The translations under genes and the position numbers were made by a program. A stretch of DNA of 64,000 nt from Eledone cirrhosa (lineage: Eukaryota). The notes under the pieces were generated by a model, which worked only from the letters and a program-made list of their open reading frames with translations, was not told the origin of the DNA and made no database searches. Location of the stretch: positions 152,582,001 to 152,646,000 of the forward strand of contig OZ024742.1 in the NCBI GenBank assembly GCA_964016885.1, given 5' to 3'. This document shows, piece by piece, positions 1 to 14,099 of the stretch (the stretch's first letter is position 1; the number at the start of each line of letters is the position of its first letter).

Positions 1-570
1 TGATGTTATTGGTGTTGTCTTCATTTTTGTTGCTGTAATTTTCATCTTTTTGGGTGTTGGTGTTATTTATGTTTGTGTAATTAGCACTTTCATTTGATTC
101 AATTTTATCATTTTGGGGGTTATTTCCCGAATATTCACAATTATTTGTTAAATTCGCTTCCATATTCGTATGCAAAAGCGAGGGGAGGGAAATTTCATCA
201 GGATGAATTGCTTGTTTCTCTCTCTCACTTTCCTTTCAGTGTCGTTTACATGTATGGCGTCCATTGTCGAATTGCAAGTCAAGTAAAAGTTTACAATTGA
301 AGAATTTCACCCCAAAAGGGGTGAAAATAAGATAACCACCCATCTACAAGCCTGGGCGGGAAGTTAATTTACACAAATAAAATAAAATTCAACACAAACA
401 TAGTCAACTCGTAATATAGTCAACTCGTAATATAAATCCAAATAAATCGCCGCCGAAGTTGCAGACATCTACTATCAACGATAGATAGATGGACGTGTAC
501 CAGACACGCACACATTTCTTACTCTCTCTGTCCCCCCTCCCTCTTTCTCTCTTCATTCATATATATATAT

Positions 571-1078
571 AAATGTTCGGTAAATCCATACGTACATTAA
601 TATATATGTGTACATGTATGTATATATATACATTCTACTGTACGTCTGTATACACATATGTATGTACGTATAAATACTTATATTTAAGTAACAGCTGTAC
701 TAAGAGTGAGAAATGAAATTTCGTATTCCATTTATCGTTTTCGGTGCATCCGGCCGATTAACTAACTCGATATGCAAATTAGGCTGCTCAGCCGTTAATA
801 TGCATAAGGAAAGTATATACTTTTAGAGGCTCAATCATCTGGCAGAAAGGTATACGGTCTTGAAACAAGTACATCGTTCCTTTGCCAGTGTTGAACAAAA
901 GCGCAACGATGGTTGCTAAACACTGTATGTCTTAATCCGGGATGTTTGTTTACAAACAAACCGAGCATTATAATAAATGTTCGGTAAATCCATATGTACA
1001 TATACATAGGTGTGCATGTATGTATATATATTCATACTAATGTACGTCTGTATACATATATGTATGTACGTATACATA

Positions 1079-1080
<2 letters not shown>
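571..1080 (+). mobile_element. Retrozyme/Penelope pLTR-like repeat unit (about 1.25 units), hammerhead core deleted
   Basis: Direct repeat AAATGTTCGGTAAATCCATA at 571 and about 975. Homologous to the reverse complement of 19008-19870. At about 853-878 it reads GTATACG-GT-CTTGAAACAAGTACATCGT, lacking the CTGACGA/stem II seen in the 19 kb copies. Ends CATACT followed by (TA)n. Confidence 0.8.
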
Positions 1081-1138
<58 letters not shown>

Positions 1139-1145
<7 letters not shown>

Positions 1146-1387
1146 CGTAGTTAAGAAAGCCACAACAATGCAGAGGGGAATCTCGAGGTAGGAAGTGAAT
1201 GATAGATAGGAGAAACAGGTGAAAGTGAAAATTGAGAGAGACAAAGATGAAAACAAAACAAAGGTAGAAGGGTTACCGTAGTGGAGATTTAATCCCAGTC
1301 GAGATTCCCCTCTGCATTGTTGTGGCTTTCTTAACTACGTATTTTACACATTTCACAATGCTTCAAGCAAACTTTAACACCCTCTTA
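1139..1387. mobile_element. Miniature fold-back Penelope-like element in a (TA)n tract
   Basis: Perfect 48-bp inverted repeat 1139-1186/1299-1346, then a tail CACAATGCTTCAAGCAAACTTTAACACCCTCTT nearly identical to the tail of the GIY-YIG element at about 62488-62520. Flanked by (TA)n on both sides. Confidence 0.8.
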
Positions 1388-1535
1388 TATATATATATAT
1401 ATATAAATATGGCGTTGTTATTTTGCGTTGTTGAAATGAGCAGTGGCCTATCACCTGGCAATAAAAACTGGAGTCAAATTTATTGGTGTACCAAAACCAA
1501 GGTACACACACCTACACAAGTTTGTGTGTGTGTAT

Positions 1536-1635
<100 letters not shown>

Positions 1636-1713
1636 GTGTGTGTGTGTGTATGTATCTCTATATATATATCTATATATATATATAGTTATGTAATAAACAA
1701 CATAAGGCAATTA

Positions 1714-1761
1714 TTTAATTTACCAGTGGTTTCTTAAGAGCTTTCAATCATCAGAATGAAA
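1714..1761 (-). ncRNA. Type I hammerhead ribozyme (left arm copy)
   Basis: Minus strand reads TTTCATT-CTGATGA-TTGAaagctcTTAA-GAAA-CCactGG-TA-AATTAAA. Confidence 0.7.
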
Positions 1762-2073
1762 AACCCTGGTGCATTTATCGACGTTGGATTTTAAAAACAA
1801 AAATGCAATCTATATGAAAGTGAGGCTGGAAAAGGAAGAAGGAAATGAAAAATAAAATAAAAACACACATGCAAACACACACACACTCACACACAGACAA
1901 TTATATAATTAGACATATATATATATACATACACACATACATACACACACACGTATACACACACACACATATATATGTATATATATATACATGCACATAC
2001 ATATACACATACACACATACACACATAAATAACAACATATCCATACATACACATACATATATACAACTACACC

Positions 2074-2155
<82 letters not shown>

Positions 2156-2754
2156 CACATACATATACATACACATATACATACACATACATACATACAT
2201 ACACACAATCATACGTATATACACACGTACATACATACACATACATACACACATATATGCACGCATACATACGCATGCACAAAAATAGAAATATATAGAC
2301 ACACCTCTACATACTCGCACACACAAATACATATAAGAAAAAATATATAATAATAAAAATTAAAAATGAATATAAAGATTATTATAATGTTGACAGCGAT
2401 AGAGGCAACAAATAAATGAACAAACACACGTGGTAAGCAATACACACAAATGCACGCACACATACATACGTAAAAATAAATACATACACACACTCTCACA
2501 CATAAATATACATATACAAATACATAAACACATACATACGCGTACACAATTACATTCACACACACACATATACATATATACACATACACACATATATATA
2601 TATATATATATACACGTACATACATAACCATACAAATATACACATACATATACATACATATCACAAACACATACATACAAATACAAACACACACATATAT
2701 ACATGTGTAAAACTCACTCTTAGATAATTCATATGAACCTTATTTAACTCTAAA

Positions 2755-2789
<35 letters not shown>

Positions 2790-3289
2790 TACCCATACAT
2801 ACATACTCACATACATATATATATATCTACACACACATATATACATACACATACGTATGCATACATACATCCACACACGCACACATATACATATATAACA
2901 AAAAATATATATATATATATGAGAAAGATCATAAATATTTTATATATATATAAAACATAAATATTTTATATATAAAAAAATATTGTATATATAAAAATAA
3001 AAATAAAAATAAAAATAAAAATAAAAATGAAAATAAAAAGTTGTGAATACGACAGATAATAAATAAAAAAAATATATTTTTAGAAAATGGTATAAATGCT
3101 TATAGCAGATTTAGAGCACTCAACAAGTTCCTGGAGCAAAAGATCAATGAAAATAATCATTAAATCACTATATGTAATGATGCATATACATACACCCTTA
3201 TACATATATACATATACACATATATATGCATACAGATATACATACACACACACACAAAAACACAACCACAGAAATACACACACACATAC

Positions 3290-3342
<53 letters not shown>

Positions 3343-4065
3343 GGGAAAATTCTGACCCCACGGCAGAGCTCAAGCTGTTTCTGAGGCTATTATATATATA
3401 TACACACAAAACCATTATATAAAAAAATACATATACACGCACAAATATACACACGCCCATACACACACATTAAATCTATATATACACACATCATTTTTAT
3501 TTTAAATTTAAATATATATACAATATTTTTTTATATATACAATATTTATTTTTTATATATCTATATAATATTTATGTTCTTTCTCATATATATATATATA
3601 TATTGTTATATATGTATATGTGTGTGTGTGTATGTATGCATACGTATGTTTATGTATATATGTGTGTAGGTATATATGTGTATGTGAGTATGTATGTATG
3701 TGTATGTATATGTGTATGTACATGTATGTGTATGTGTATATATATATATATATATATGCGTGTGTGGTTGTATATATGTATGTGTATGTATGGATATGTT
3801 GATATTTATGTGTATATGTATGTATGTGTATATGTATGTGTATGTATATATATGTGTGTGTGTGTGTATATGTGTGTGTGTATGTATGTGTGTATGTATA
3901 TATATATATATGTGTGTATGTATATAATTGTGTGTGTGTGTCTGTGTGTGTTTGCATGTGCGTTTTTATTTTATTTTTCCTTTCCTTCTTCCTTTTCCAG
4001 CCTCACTTTCATATAGATTGCATTTTTGATTTTAAAATCCAACGTCAATAAATACACCAGGATTT

Positions 4066-4126
4066 TTCCATTCTGATGATTGAAAGAAAATTTTTTTTGC
4101 TTTTAAGAAACCACTGGTAAATGAAA
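4066..4126 (+). ncRNA. Type I hammerhead ribozyme (right arm copy)
   Basis: TTCCATT-CTGATGA-TTGAAAG...CTTTTAA-GAAA-CCactGG-TA-AATGAAA; predicted GUA cleavage after 4119. Confidence 0.8.
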
Positions 4127-5052
4127 TAATTGCCCTATGTTGTTTATTACATAACTACTAAGCTCTGTTACCTACATAGAGCACTCTTTTTTTCTGGACT
4201 TTTCCGACGGAATTACTTCATTTATATATATATATATATAAGGAATACATATATTGCTTTCTCACTGCCACCAAGCTTCTCAATTGATTCGTTGCTACTA
4301 AATTTTTTATTTTGCTTCGGGGTATTATATTTGCAAGGTACTATTTTTGCCCTGAATTTGTGAGTTCAGAGTAAGGTCAGAAATTCTTCATATTTTGCAT
4401 CTTTTGTATTTTAACTTTACAGTTTCAATGGTAGAATTGTCTATCCAATCAAAATATTACAACAACTAACAGTGAAATATAAAATTTCAAAAAAAAAAAC
4501 CTTTTCAACTGAGATCAAATCTTTTAGAACATTCACGTCTATTTTTAAAAAAGTATATAATTTGAAATAATTTGCTTTTGTTTTGGACTGAACCATTTTC
4601 GTATTTTTTAAGAATTCTAACATAACTTGATTTGGCCCAGTAATCTACTGATATCAAAACCAGTAGTATATTGAAAACTGGAAAAATAGGGTAGGGGGCG
4701 TTTCGTAATTTCGAGGGGCAAAAGAAGGCGTTTGCACGAAATGGGTTGAGAACCTTTTATCTAAGCCTATATTGTATTCCTGTTATCTGAAAGCTGACAG
4801 AGGCAACAATTTAGCAATAACCTACCCCAAAATATTGAATCTACTCCTCTCCTAAATGACCGTAATCACGACCAATACAGCTTTCATAATGTACATTGTA
4901 ATACTGTAGTACTATCCTACATTAGACACCGAGGTGGGGACTCTAGAGGAATTAATGAAAGTATTGATATTCTCGACGTCAGCTTACAACAGTTTATGAC
5001 AGGCAAATTCCTTCGTATGAATAGAGTATTTAATATTCTTACCGCTGTATTT

Positions 5053-5347
5053 AAATTTGTGAACGCAGAATGGTTAAAATATTCGCTTCAAATAAGCCAA
5101 AGTATTTTTCGTCAATAAACGGCAAGGATAACATTAGTTATTTAAGGAATGTAACTCAAAATATGCATGTATTCGTGCATATACGCATACATAAATATAT
5201 TCAATTTATGTGTATATCAACCACCCAACACACCTACCTACATATATACGCTACCTTTTCAGTGTTCACATACAGAGAATGCATAATATATAAATTTGTG
5301 AACGCCGAATGTTTAAGAGATTCACTTCAAACAACCCAAAGTAATTT
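5053..5347. repeat. Diverged direct repeat of about 55 bp (5053-5108 / 5292-5347)
   Basis: AAATTTGTGAACGCAGAATGGTTAAAATATTCGCTTCAAATAAGCCAAAG vs AAATTTGTGAACGCCGAATGTTTAAGAGATTCACTTCAAACAACCCAAAG. Confidence 0.7.
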
Positions 5348-5351
5348 TGGT

Positions 5352-5396
<45 letters not shown>

Positions 5397-5872
5397 AGTA
5401 TTGGTGCTCTGAAATAGCGATGTATACATGAATGTATGTATAGTTTATTTGGCAATATGCCGTATGTTTATTTTAAAACATTTAGAAGACCATTCGCTAT
5501 CAGTTTTAAAGTAGTGACTATATCACTTACTTATTTTCAGGAAAGATAGGGGGAGACGCCGACAATCTGTTTCTCGTCGTTTGGCGTTTATCAAAACCAC
5601 GAACTCCCCTGCCTCTGCTGAAAATTATAGAAGCTGGATTCTTATAGAATTCCAGTAATAATCAGGAGCTAATTATACAGAGCGATTGCCGGTCCAGCAA
5701 AAACTAGGTATTAGTATTGGTGTTCTGAAATAGTGATGTATACATGAATGTGTGTATAGTATATTTGGCAATATACTGTATGTTTAATTAATTACATTTA
5801 GAAAACCATTCATTATCAGTTTTAAAGTAGTGACTATGTCACTTACTTATTTTCGGCAAAGGTAGGGAGAAA
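5397..5872. repeat. Diverged direct duplication of about 160 bp (5397-5555 / 5713-5872)
   Basis: AGTATTGGTG(C/T)TCTGAAATAG(C/T)GATGTATACATGAATG...TTTTAAAGTAGTGACTAT...CACTTACTTATTTTC occurs twice, about 316 bp apart. Confidence 0.85.
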
Positions 5873-6475
5873 CAGACTGTCAGCCTCTCTCCCTAACCTC
5901 CTTGGTTAGTAATTACTCATGCAATAAATTAAAGCAACCGCCGTTATGTAGATCATCAATCGTAGATATGGTAACCAGTGGTTGATGCAGGATCTGAGTA
6001 AAATATTCATTAGAAACAACAACAGAAGACCGAACTGGAAATGTTATAATTTTAATTCAGCGAAATTATCTGGGTCCTGCATCATAGTAGGATGATGAAG
6101 CTGGACATATAAAATGTATAGTGTTTTTGCGGGATTAAAATTATTATAAGTTTCCAATCAAGACTCGTATAAACACCTGAAGAAGAGAAACAAATTTGAT
6201 GCTTCATGTATTCTGGTAGGTATTGTCAAATTTCGGCCGTGAAATTTTGCGTAGCGATTTTGTTCCGTATATGAACATAAATAGATAACATAATATTTCT
6301 ACTCTCTTCCCGATTGAGCACTGTTTTCCATTTTCCTTTTTACACCTACGGATATTGCTATTCACACACAGACCCACACATCCACACACACCCACACATA
6401 TATGCATACATATTAGCTTCGACATATATGCATGTTATATTTATATATACATACATATATATATATATGTATATT

Positions 6476-8107
6476 CTAGGGCGGGTAAAATTTCCGAGAT
6501 CCATGGACGAGTTCTCTCCAGCGGTCTCTGTCCCTCATTATCACTGCCATGTCCTGCGTCTCCAACAGACCAGTGTCTGTCCTTAGAGTATCAACATACG
6601 TCAACCTTGGTCTTCCTCTTCCAGTGTGTCCATGTAAGGGCTCCCACAGGAGCACTGAGTGCAATGTCAACTCTGGATGTCGGTGAGCATGTCCAGCTAA
6701 CCTCAATCTCCTCTGTGTCACATTTGAGCTGACTTTTACAGCTCTGAGTTTTTCATCCTCAGTGTATACTGATTAATGTTCAGAACCATCCTAAGCATTC
6801 TCATTTATCACCCATCCACCACCTGAGTGAGTTTCTTGGTCAGTATCCAAGTCTCAGACCCGTACAGTAGCAGAGACTCCACTACAGCAATGAAGAGGCG
6901 GATTTTCAGGTCTTTACGAAGGTCCGACTCCCACACCGATCTCAAGCTGTGGCACGCTGCCCAGGCTTTGCTCTTGCTCTCAACCACATCATCTTCCGTA
7001 TTCCCAATCTTTGCTCCCAAATACAGGAAGTTCTCAACCAATTCTAGTGGCTTCCCGCCTACATTAGTGATCCTCTCTGTCTTCTCAACATTCTCTACCA
7101 GATATTTTGTTTTAGTCTCATTCATTCTCAGCCCCACACCCATCGACACAGTCTCAAATTCCTGCATCAAATCCTCTGCTTCCTTCACTGTATTTGTCCC
7201 CAATACTATGTTGCGGCAAATTCAGCATCCGATAACTTTTTCGCTTTAACTCGCCTGCTCTGAGCCGGTGCTACAGTAAAGCCAGAGTCCTGGTGTTTCT
7301 CCAGTGCAAGGCGCATACAATAGTCCACTACGATGATAAAAAGTTAGGGAGCCAATGTATCTCCCTGGAGCAATCCAGCAAGTATCTCAAAGAACTCTGT
7401 CATTTCCATCAGGTGTAACGACTTGTGCTTTGGTGTTGGTGTAGTGTAGCGATATCAGGTCCACTATCTTTTTGGTGATTCCATAAGCCTGTAAGATCTT
7501 CCTTAGGCAGTGACGGTCCACAGAATCAAAGGCCTTCCTAAAGTCAATGAAAACCATGACCGCAGGAAAGCACTTTGCTCTAGCTCCCTCTAATATACTC
7601 CCCAGCATCAGGATGTGAATGCTGGTTGATCTTCCCTCTCTGAAGCCGTTCTGGTTATCCTTGAGCTTATTCTCCATCTCAGGCTGGATCCTTTTAAGAA
7701 TCATCTTGTTGAGGGCTGTTGCCACAAGTGACGTTAGTGAGATCCCCTTGTAGTTGTTGGTGTTAGAGAGATCTCCCTTCTTTGGCACTGGGTTGATGTT
7801 ACTGATCCTCCACTGATTCGGGGCAACTCCTTTCTCCAGTTACAGAACCCCAGGATGATATCAACGAAATCACACCTCTTCATCACCTCTGATGCCACTC
7901 CATCTTCTCCATGAGCCTTGCCCTCCTTGATCTTCTTCTTGGCTCTCTGAAGCTCCTCTCTGGTGAAGGGCTCTGTCTCAATGTCCAGTTCTTCAAACAA
8001 CCGCCTGATCTCCCCAGTGCTCTGGGCTGTGGAGGGAGGCTCTCCTAGTAGGGTCCTAAAATAGGCTAGCCATTTCCTCTTCCTATCCTCAGGCCCTGTT
8101 CCCTGGA

Positions 8108-8110
<3 letters not shown>
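6476..8110 (-). mobile_element. RTE-clade non-LTR retrotransposon, 5'-truncated, frameshifted reverse transcriptase
   Basis: Minus-strand ORF pieces: PKKGDLSNTNNYKGISLTS, QNGFREGRST, FIDFRKAFDSVD, GLLQGDTLAP, GLRMNETKTKY, FLYLG, ESLLLYGSETW, RLRLAGH...GRGRPRLTYVD..RDRDRWR. Flanked by TA tracts. Confidence 0.93.
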
Positions 8111-8192
<82 letters not shown>

Positions 8193-11100
8193 TATATATC
8201 TAATACTAATATCATTTGTACTGCCTCTCTGTTTTTTGTTCTCTGTTCATTTATTAAACTATATATATATATATATATATATATCTGTGTGTGTGTGTGT
8301 GTGTGCGTGTGTGTATGTATGTCCATATAATATGTAATGTGGAAATGTGGAAACTGGAAAAGAACCGACGATACTTATCATTAATACGTGGCAAAGAGTT
8401 TACATAGGCATTTATTGTAGGCTAATCTATGTTTTACATTCACGCATGAAAACAAATAATGCGGAATTGCCTACAACATTGCTTATTTATTTTGAAATTG
8501 AATTACAAACACATACACACATATAATTGCGCTGACAAACACAGATACAGAAGCATGCGTAAGCATATACACACTCACCCACTACCTATCTATCTATCCT
8601 CCCGTCTATCTATCTATCTATCTGTGTGTGTTCCGTAATGTCAAATTTGGAGGAATAGCTTAATAATTGGAATTCACCTCATATCTTCCTTAATAGGTGA
8701 ACACATATATAACACCCTCAAATTTTCATTCTTATAAAAAATAATAAATATCTAAAAAATAATTCATAATTTTTCTAAAGTTTTCAATTTTGAAAACGAC
8801 ATTAGAAAAATCACGTTCTTATTCATGCGACACAGTAAAAATGCATTCTGGATTATTGGAAAATTTATCGGTAATTTTTCTTGATCATATTTGCTTTCTC
8901 GAGTTAATATATCATTAAAATATTTTAGTTGGCATTTCTCCATTGTCTATTAAATTCATATACTTACACCATAACGATTCCCTTAATTATCAGCATCGAA
9001 GTTCATTTTACTCATATAACTTGCTAAAATATATTGTCGTATGTTAAATAAAAATTTCCACCGCGTAAAGTTTGAGAAATATTCTGACTTTAAATATTGG
9101 AGGGGTGCGAGGCAAACATTTGGGAGAATATCTCCTGTAGACTATCATACGTTAGGAACTAACTACATATGTTTTTCGTTTGATTATGTTTTCAATACTC
9201 ATCTGTACTGCGAAAGGGTAAACATTTGCCATTTAATATGTTATGATTCAACGAATACAGCTTGAATTATCATCCTCTTTATGTTTTCAAATACAATAAC
9301 GCCGATGTGTAGCAATGGAGTCACTTCTTGTCAGGTTTCCTCTTTGCATCTATTGACTATACACGATGCTTTTGTTAAATGTGTTTGTGTCCTATTCAAT
9401 AACTATGCACTCGTCCTTTGTGTATAACGTGCATATATGATGTGCTTTATTTACTATACAAAAGTGTGTTGTGTTGCGTCGAAGGTAATTCACTTTAGAA
9501 AAGGCCTAAAGGTAAATACTCAAGATCTTTCTCTTTGACCATCAAATAGTACTGTAGTAATAAATAGAATAAAATCATAATAATAAATGTTTCTTCCTTT
9601 GGATTTCAAGCCGAGCAATTCTATGTATTTTTCTATAGCCCTAATCTATCGATTCTACACAGGACACGGCTATATAGACACAACAATGTACACACATATG
9701 GTAAGCACAAGGGGAATGTATATAGGTAATATATGCAACACTAATACATTTAGCAAAAACACCGGCTTTATGATTTGTAGTCAATTATTGCGAATAAAAC
9801 ATATGAGACTAGGAATGCTTTTATTTCTATATATCACTTGGAATGTAACAGGTTAGAGAAAGTCTAAAGAGCTCTGCACCTTAGATTGTAATGCAGTCGC
9901 CATTTTGATTTAAAGTCACAATTATTACGCCATTAAGTCTCTTAAGAATGGTTTTCATTTTACAATTCTCTCTCACTCTTCCATGAAATATAAAGCTTTA
10001 CTACTTAGATAAACGGAAACCAATATTATATTTCCACTATCTTTTCTCAGATGAGACAATAGATTATCAAGCTAATAGCCTTTACAGAACATAGTCATAA
10101 TTGCAAACAACTTTGAACTTTCTCCGTGCTGTACCCAGCAAAATAATTACCAAAATATTTCAAAAGGTTAAAATATATTCGCTGTATAAAATAATCCTGT
10201 ACTGAAGTATATTTCAAAATATATTTCCATTCTCTCCTCATTTAAAACGAACCTACATCTGATGGTGTATTATGGGATTTTGCTATGTGACGTTGTTTGA
10301 GAACTAAGCGTGTTTTACTGGAAAGCTCAAATATATTTTAGAATTATTGTTTAAAGACAATTACAATTTATTAATGATACTTATTTTATAAATTTATTTA
10401 TCACAATCATTAACATAGCGTGCTTCATAATAGTGACATATATGAAGCATATACAATATGTTTATGTATACTAAACAAAAACAAGTATCACTATGGGTAC
10501 ATTAAGGTATCATCATGTCACAGCTAACTTATTAGCTGTGTGAGAACGCCAAATACTAGACGTTCGGGAAATTTCTCCTTCATTGATGGCTTTTAATCAC
10601 TCGTTACTGAGACAAAAATATGCTCGAGATTATATAAGTTTTGAATCTAAAATATCAGCTGCAAATGCTCGTTTGCATATAGTGCGGGCCTGAGGAATTA
10701 ATATTAAATCACTAGCACTAACATAACCTGATGCATAATAAATGCGTATATATATACAATGCATGCATGTATATTAACCATAGTCAGTCTCACTTTCCTA
10801 ATTTTAAACTGTGATCATGTCATAGCTACAGCAAAGCTCCAACAATATGATAATACGCCAATATCTATATTGGCTATAGATTATTTTTGCCCCGACAGCG
10901 TGTGAATGAATGTCACTGATGACGAATAATAATCTTAAAACACTAGTTTTCTGGCGTCCAGATACGCCTAATGAGATATCTGTTAGATGTTAACAGCTTA
11001 TAATATTTACAGCGAGACTTATGTGTGTGTATTACAATTAAGAATGTTGTATATTCTTTTATGTATACCTGTATTTTATTTGGGATTTCATTGAATAGAT

Positions 11101-12070
11101 CTAGATATAATAACGCATACTATGCAACAGTTGAGCACTCCTGGTGAGTTCACACCATTAAATCTGCTATTACTGGGTTATTATAGCAGCAGAGATCAAT
11201 GCCTTTTTAGTGGAGATATTGCCTAGAGAATCGTAGGCAATGCCCTACCAATTCGTAATATATCGACCACAGAAAACGAAAAACGAAATTAGCTCGAGGA
11301 ATATCTGAGCGTGGGATCTAATTTGATATAATTGTATACTTAAAAGCGTTTGTTATAGCGTTGTAAAATTTCTGAAAATAAATCCCCTTTAAGTTTTCCA
11401 ATTATTGATCATGATCATGAGAGACTAAACCCCAGAGATGTAATATTCTCAGAAAGGCAATACATACAGGGAACAAAATCAGCGAGTGATTATCATATTT
11501 ACTCATTCCCAATATTTAACTACCGACCTTAAGGCACCTCCCTTGCAAACTGTTCTAGCTGGATCACATATCAGCTTTACAATAACATTTATCTGACCGA
11601 AGGCACCGTATTCTCTGATCAAATTGCTAATAAATCTAAATAATTATTCTAATTCCTTAATATTTATTTCTAAAATATCTTGCTGCTAAAATCTTACACT
11701 TTGGCCTGCAGAAAAGAATTTTGAGAAGCAAAACCGAATTCATAAATATTAATAAAAGCAAATGGAACTCGTGGATTATTTACCTGAAGCGCGTTCTTGA
11801 GAGATTTCATAAAAGAATAATTTTTTTATTTTATTTTCGAAACAATATAATATGCTACATATCTCTGTAAATGTGTGTTGAGAGACCTGAAAATTAAAAT
11901 ATTTCATAGAGTGCAATTGTCACTTTATACCGTGGACATGTCTGTCACCATCGATATCAAATGATCTACATCATTGTGGTCATAATTGGCGAACGGATTC
12001 TTTAATTATTTTCTCATACAAGAAAAAAACAAAACAATCAAAACACTGCTGCTGTTGCTGCAACTGCTGT

Positions 12071-12205
<135 letters not shown>

Positions 12206-12206
12206 C

Positions 12207-13570
12207 ATAACATTTGAAGAAAACATGCTCCATTATGGTGAGGTCCAGACCAGGACAATGCACAATCGTAATAGATGACAGACATGATGCATTGTTCGCC
12301 AGCTCCACCCGAACTTCGAGGGATAGTTTTCTCTCGGCCGATTTCAAGGTAAGTGGCCAACTTGCTCGTTTCCTCGTCCCAGTTCTTATCCACCTGTATG
12401 ACTGGAAAAAGTCAGACCACGAGCAAATTCTCCGATGCTGTTGAACGTCCTATCCGGGTTGATATTTTTTCCAGTCAGCCTTTCATATTCTTCTAAGAAG
12501 TTGCATATGCCGACGCAGACCTTGCACCTCGAGCGGAATGCCTTGCAACAACTCCATCTTCTGCAGTTGTGGCTCGAGAGTCAGTACGTACAGAAGGGAT
12601 GGGTGAGAGCATACTTGTAGAATGGCTTCGATAGGTAGCCATATACTTTGACCGACGCGTATATGCCGCAGTCATTGCAGCGATCCAGCTCCCAATGGTC
12701 GATCCTATCGAAAGCTTTCAATGGGTCCAAATTGATCTGAGCCTATACGAAGAAATGTGTACTCCATATCCTATCTATGAGGTATCGCATTCAGTTTAGG
12801 TTTTCTTGTATGGATCTGGTCGGGATTGCGGAGTTTGAGCCTCCCTAACAGATTGTTGACAACAAGCGCTAACCTCGTTGCTAGCAACTTAGCCAAAATC
12901 TCACACTGTTCTCCTCTCTCCTGATCAGCGTTACTACGCCCCTACCTACAGACCTGGGAATCCTTTAATTCTGCTTTCCTTTTCTGTTAACCAAATAGAA
13001 AACCTATCATAGTACGATCTAGATAAACATATGCAATTGTTCGATGTCCACAGTGATGCAGTCGGGAGACCTAGTCGGTATCTCTCAGATATTTTTAATT
13101 GTCTGATCAGGCATTTTAGATTTTCTTTTTTGCATACAACGCTTCTATCGGTTACTCACCTACAGTATCAAAGAGTGTCTCATCTACCATTCTAGTCTCC
13201 TGCTAATAGTAAAGAGTGAGACATGCCCCCAAAAGCCTTTCTGGCGCCTGAGAAAATCCGGCTACCTGCCCCAGTTAGGGTATAAATGACCACGTCCAAG
13301 GCCACCAAATTATCGTTAGGGTCCAAAAAGATCGTCCCGCATCTCGAGATCTAGGCCATTATTAAACGGGATTACAACCACTACCCCATCCCAGACCAAC
13401 TAAGGGATGTGTATATCTCGTCAAACATAGTGGTTAGAAGTCATCATACGTAGAGAGTAGTACGGGTGTGTGGGGAATCCTAGTCTCGCTGACGGCTGTC
13501 ACATTTATAGGGTGTGACTCGAAATCATTGAGCAAGTGATCCTGCTTCCAGGGCGACCCAAGGCTACGTA
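12207..13570 (-). mobile_element. Degenerate Tx1/L1-clade LINE (APE endonuclease + RT remnants, internally deleted)
   Basis: Minus-strand translation gives LLNDFESHPINVTAVSETR and YLDR (endonuclease-like), ILAKLLATRLALVV and INLDPLKAFDRIDH (RT), and RKLSLEVRVELAN. Homologous to 36430-37260. Confidence 0.85.
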
Positions 13571-13604
13571 CATATATACAAACTACTCTTAGAGTTTCTC
13601 TGTT

Positions 13605-13910
13605 GGCCGGCAAGATTATTCAGAGGGATTTGAATTCAGAATGTGAAGAGCTGCAACAAATACTGCTAAGGACTTGTCTGACTCCCTAACGGCTCTGCTA
13701 ATTGCTTCTAATTTAGGTAGTATGTCAGCAAGTTTGAGCTAGGGAAAGTTAAATGAAGCGAGGCAATACTTCACCGGTACTTTAGTTTATCATACTTGGA
13801 AGGATCAAAGGCATTTTGGGCTTAGGAAGTATTTGAATTAAAAACTTAAATAACCAGTATGAATAATGCAATGCCATTGCCTGACGCTCGAACAATTCTG
13901 CTAATTCAAC
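13605..13910 (-). mobile_element. Two degenerate tRNA-derived Meta/MESC-domain SINE fragments
   Basis: GGATTTGAATTCAGAATG and GGTACTTTAGTTTATC...GGAAGGATCAAAGGCA...TTTGAATT match the SINE at 39075-39690. Confidence 0.6.
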
Positions 13911-14099
13911 ATACTAATAATTATTTTTAACACTGGCAGAATACAAAAGTTAAAAAACTATAATTAAATGGAAAAATCTTTTCTCCGAACCTCTTCCAAA
14001 AGATAATCCATCACCATAATTATAATTTCGACGTTTTGCTGGTGACAATACCAGAGTGAAATACGTATGAAAACAAGTAACCTTTGGAGATTTAACTTG

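Larger units (their letters stand above)
1683..4222. mobile_element. Large inverted-repeat (tail-to-tail) Penelope-like element with a hammerhead in each arm
   Basis: 1683-about 2200 is the reverse complement of about 3600-4157 (e.g. TAGTTATGTAATAAACAACATA / TATGTTGTTTATTACATAACTA). The unpaired tail runs about 4158-4222. TA tracts flank both ends and the interior is CA/TA-rich low complexity. Confidence 0.75.

Noticed and set aside
304-325. Hairpin TTTCACCCC-AAAA-GGGGTGAAA
   Set aside because: Isolated 9-bp stem with no context; a bacterial-type terminator is implausible here.
4690-4762. hAT-like terminal sequence GGTTGAGAACC
   Set aside because: No matching opposite TIR or TSD found.
6177-6195. 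CTGAAGA...GAAAC
   Set aside because: No room for stem II, and no stem I.
10916-10922. CTGATGA motif
   Set aside because: No supporting helices or GAAA at the required position.
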